This document shows positions 62,645 to 64,000 of a stretch of DNA of 64,000 bases, piece by piece. The notes beneath the pieces are model-generated. The model searched no databases. It was not told the DNA's origin and saw only the letters and a program-made list of their open reading frames with translations. The translations under genes were made by a program, and so were the position numbers. How positions within the stretch are numbered: position 1 is the stretch's first letter; every line of letters begins with the position of its first letter. This stretch comes from Syntrophomonadaceae bacterium (GTDB taxonomy: Bacteria; Bacillota; Dethiobacteria; DTU022): the NCBI GenBank assembly GCA_003554615.1, contig PWGX01000053.1:113-64112 (forward strand), read 5' to 3'.

Positions 62645-63295
62645 TTAAAATTTTATTACCTGATGGAACTCCAGCTCCAGCGGTGTTTCACGTCCAAACA
62701 TGGAAACAGACACTTTTACGGTCCCTTTTTCGTGGTTTATTTCTTCAACCTTGCCTTCAAAGTTCTTAAAGGGGCCGCTGACCACGCGCACAACCTGGTT
62801 GATATCAAAGTCGATACGTGGTTTGCCTTCCACTACTCCAACCTGGCGCAGGATATGGGTGACTTCTTTTTCGCTTAAAGGAACCGGCTTGGAGCCGGGC
62901 CCTACAAAACCGGTAACGCCGGGCGTGTTGCGCACCACGTACCACGAATCGTCATCCATTACCATTTCTACCAGGACATAACCGGGAAAAACCTTCTTCT
63001 CAACCGTCCTTTTCTGGCCGCCGCGGCTGGTAATTTCTTTTTCAGTGGGGACCATGATCCTGAAGATCTTGTCCTTCATATCCATCGAATCGACACGGCG
63101 TTCCAGGTTGGTTTTTACCCGCTTTTCGTACCCGGCATAGGTATGAATTACAAACCAGTCTTTTTTGACTTCAGCCTCTTCTTCACCGTTTACGGTTTCT
63201 TCGGCTTCGTTCTCGGGAGCCTGGTTCATTTCATCACCGGCTCCGGTATCTGTTTCAGTGTTCATGTCATGAGGGAACTTGTTTGCCCCCTTCAC
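62645..63295 (-). CDS. nusG: Transcription termination/antitermination factor NusG (N-terminal acidic extension; start uncertain)
   Basis: WFVIHTYAGYEKRVK (NGN domain) and a C-terminal KOW (VRVVSGPFKNFEGKV). About 45 acidic residues precede the NGN domain. No candidate start has a convincing RBS. Confidence 0.93.
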   Translation of the reverse strand: MKGANKFPHDMNTETDTGAGDEMNQAPENEAEETVNGEEEAEVKKDWFVIHTYAGYEKRVKTNLERRVDSMDMKDKIFRIMVPTEKEITSRGGQKRTVEKKVFPGYVLVEMVMDDDSWYVVRNTPGVTGFVGPGSKPVPLSEKEVTHILRQVGVVEGKPRIDFDINQVVRVVSGPFKNFEGKVEEINHEKGTVKVSVSMFGRETPLELEFHQVIKF

Positions 63296-63352
63296 TCTCC
63301 TTGTCCAGCCTTTAATTTCGAATATATATGAATACCGGTTTTATCCGGATAA

Positions 63353-63544
63353 TCAGCCTATCACCAGCTGCAGAACGGCAATAAAGATGCTGTCCATGAT
63401 CCAGAAAAAAATGCCGATTACAATTACGGCGGAAAGGACAATACTGGTAAACACCCCAAATTCACGCCTGGTGGGCCAGCTGACTTTTTTCAATTCAGAC
63501 CTGACTTCCTGAAGAAATTTACTTACTCGCTTAAAAAAACGCAT
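63353..63544 (-). CDS. secE: Preprotein translocase subunit SecE
   Basis: 63 aa; FLQEVRSELKKVSWPTRRE followed by a single TM helix. Lies between rpmG and nusG. Confidence 0.93.
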   Translation of the reverse strand: MRFFKRVSKFLQEVRSELKKVSWPTRREFGVFTSIVLSAVIVIGIFFWIMDSIFIAVLQLVIG

Positions 63545-63613
63545 TGATCAGACCTCTTCCCGAGATATTAGTTTTATAAATCCGGTTCTTTACCCCTTGG
63601 AAACTAAATAATG

Positions 63614-63763
63614 CTACTTGGTTTCTTTATGCAGGGTATGCGCTTTACAGCGACTGCAGTATTTTTTTACTTCCAGGCGGTCCGGGTTGTTTTTTTTATT
63701 CTTACGGGTTGTATAGTTCCTTTCCCGGCACTCCTCACAGGCCATATGGATAGTAACTCGCAT
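63614..63763 (-). CDS. rpmG: 50S ribosomal protein L33 (zinc form)
   Basis: Not in the ORF track. Hand translation gives [49 protein letters not shown] followed by TAG. Confidence 0.93.
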   Translation of the reverse strand: MRVTIHMACEECRERNYTTRKNKKNNPDRLEVKKYCSRCKAHTLHKETK

Positions 63764-63799
63764 TAATGCTCCCACCTGTCTCTTAAATTCGCAATCTAA

Positions 63800-63829
63800 A
63801 ATGTATCACAATTTGTATAAACCTGTCAA
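63800..63829 (-). promoter_or_regulatory. Candidate promoter for rpmG-secE-nusG
   Basis: On the minus strand: TTGACA (63829-63824), an 18-nt spacer, then TACATT (63805-63800). Confidence 0.4.
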
Positions 63830-63913
63830 CAATCCTGCATAATTAGGAGGCGGGTTATCAGCCCCGCCCCCTAATGGTTTTTATTAGAGGTATTAAGTAC
63901 TCGTTCACTCCCG

Positions 63914-64000
63914 TTTATTCATAGATCGAGGTGACTACTCCGGCGCCGACGGTGCGTCCGCCTTCACGGATTGCAAAGCGCACTCCCTCTTCAATAGCGA
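63914..64000. repeat. Dispersed exact repeat: 63914-64000 equals 47161-47247 (tuf duplication)
   Basis: Compared by eye, all 87 positions are identical. Identity ends 1 nt past the stop codon, and the flanking sequences differ. Confidence 0.9.
63915..64000 (-). CDS. tuf: Elongation factor Tu, second copy (3' end only; continues beyond window)
   Basis: The last 86 nt of the window are base-for-base identical to the 3' end of the tuf at 47162, including the TAA stop. Confidence 0.9.
   Translation of the reverse strand, partial: AIEEGVRFAIREGGRTVGAGVVTSIYE

Noticed and set aside
62141-62878. 245-aa plus-strand ORF spanning rplK and the 3' end of nusG
   Set aside because: It is antisense to two highly conserved genes and crosses their intergenic gap. 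It has no RBS or recognisable domain, so it is a shadow ORF.

Overview
The window is a chromosomal core segment of a Gram-positive, Clostridia-like bacterium. This is inferred from gene order, GGAGG-type ribosome-binding sites and frequent TTG/GTG starts; no taxonomic search was possible. About 36 kb (27.8-64 kb), all on the minus strand, is the ribosomal/transcription super-operon. In transcription order it runs: tuf(partial)-rpmG-secE-nusG-rplKAJL-rpoBC-L7Ae-rpsLG-fusA-tuf-S10/spc/alpha operons-rplQ-ecfA1A2T-truA-rplM-rpsI. The left 27 kb holds housekeeping and accessory genes: a methyltransferase fragment, a GPH/MFS transporter, a polyprenol-kinase-like plus CDF-like pair, an ornithine cyclodeaminase homologue, asnS, glnS, and the cdaA-cdaR-glmM-glmS cluster. 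It also holds a LigB-like/AMMECR1/radical-SAM triad, a marR plus split CHR transporter, a five-gene molybdenum-cofactor operon behind a Moco riboswitch, a GGGP-synthase-family gene, a decayed helicase remnant and a gamma-carbonic-anhydrase-like gene. I found no rRNA, tRNA, CRISPR array, transposase, integrase or phage gene. I do not see a clear novel multi-gene system. The best candidates for a second look are: the LigB-like/AMMECR1/radical-SAM cassette of unknown function; the long repeat-containing acidic tail on RpoB; an archaeal-looking GGGP synthase; unusual gene fusions in the Moco operon; and a Cys4 insertion in EF-Tu. All calls rest on reading the sequence and recalling family motifs, and no database or folding computation was run.
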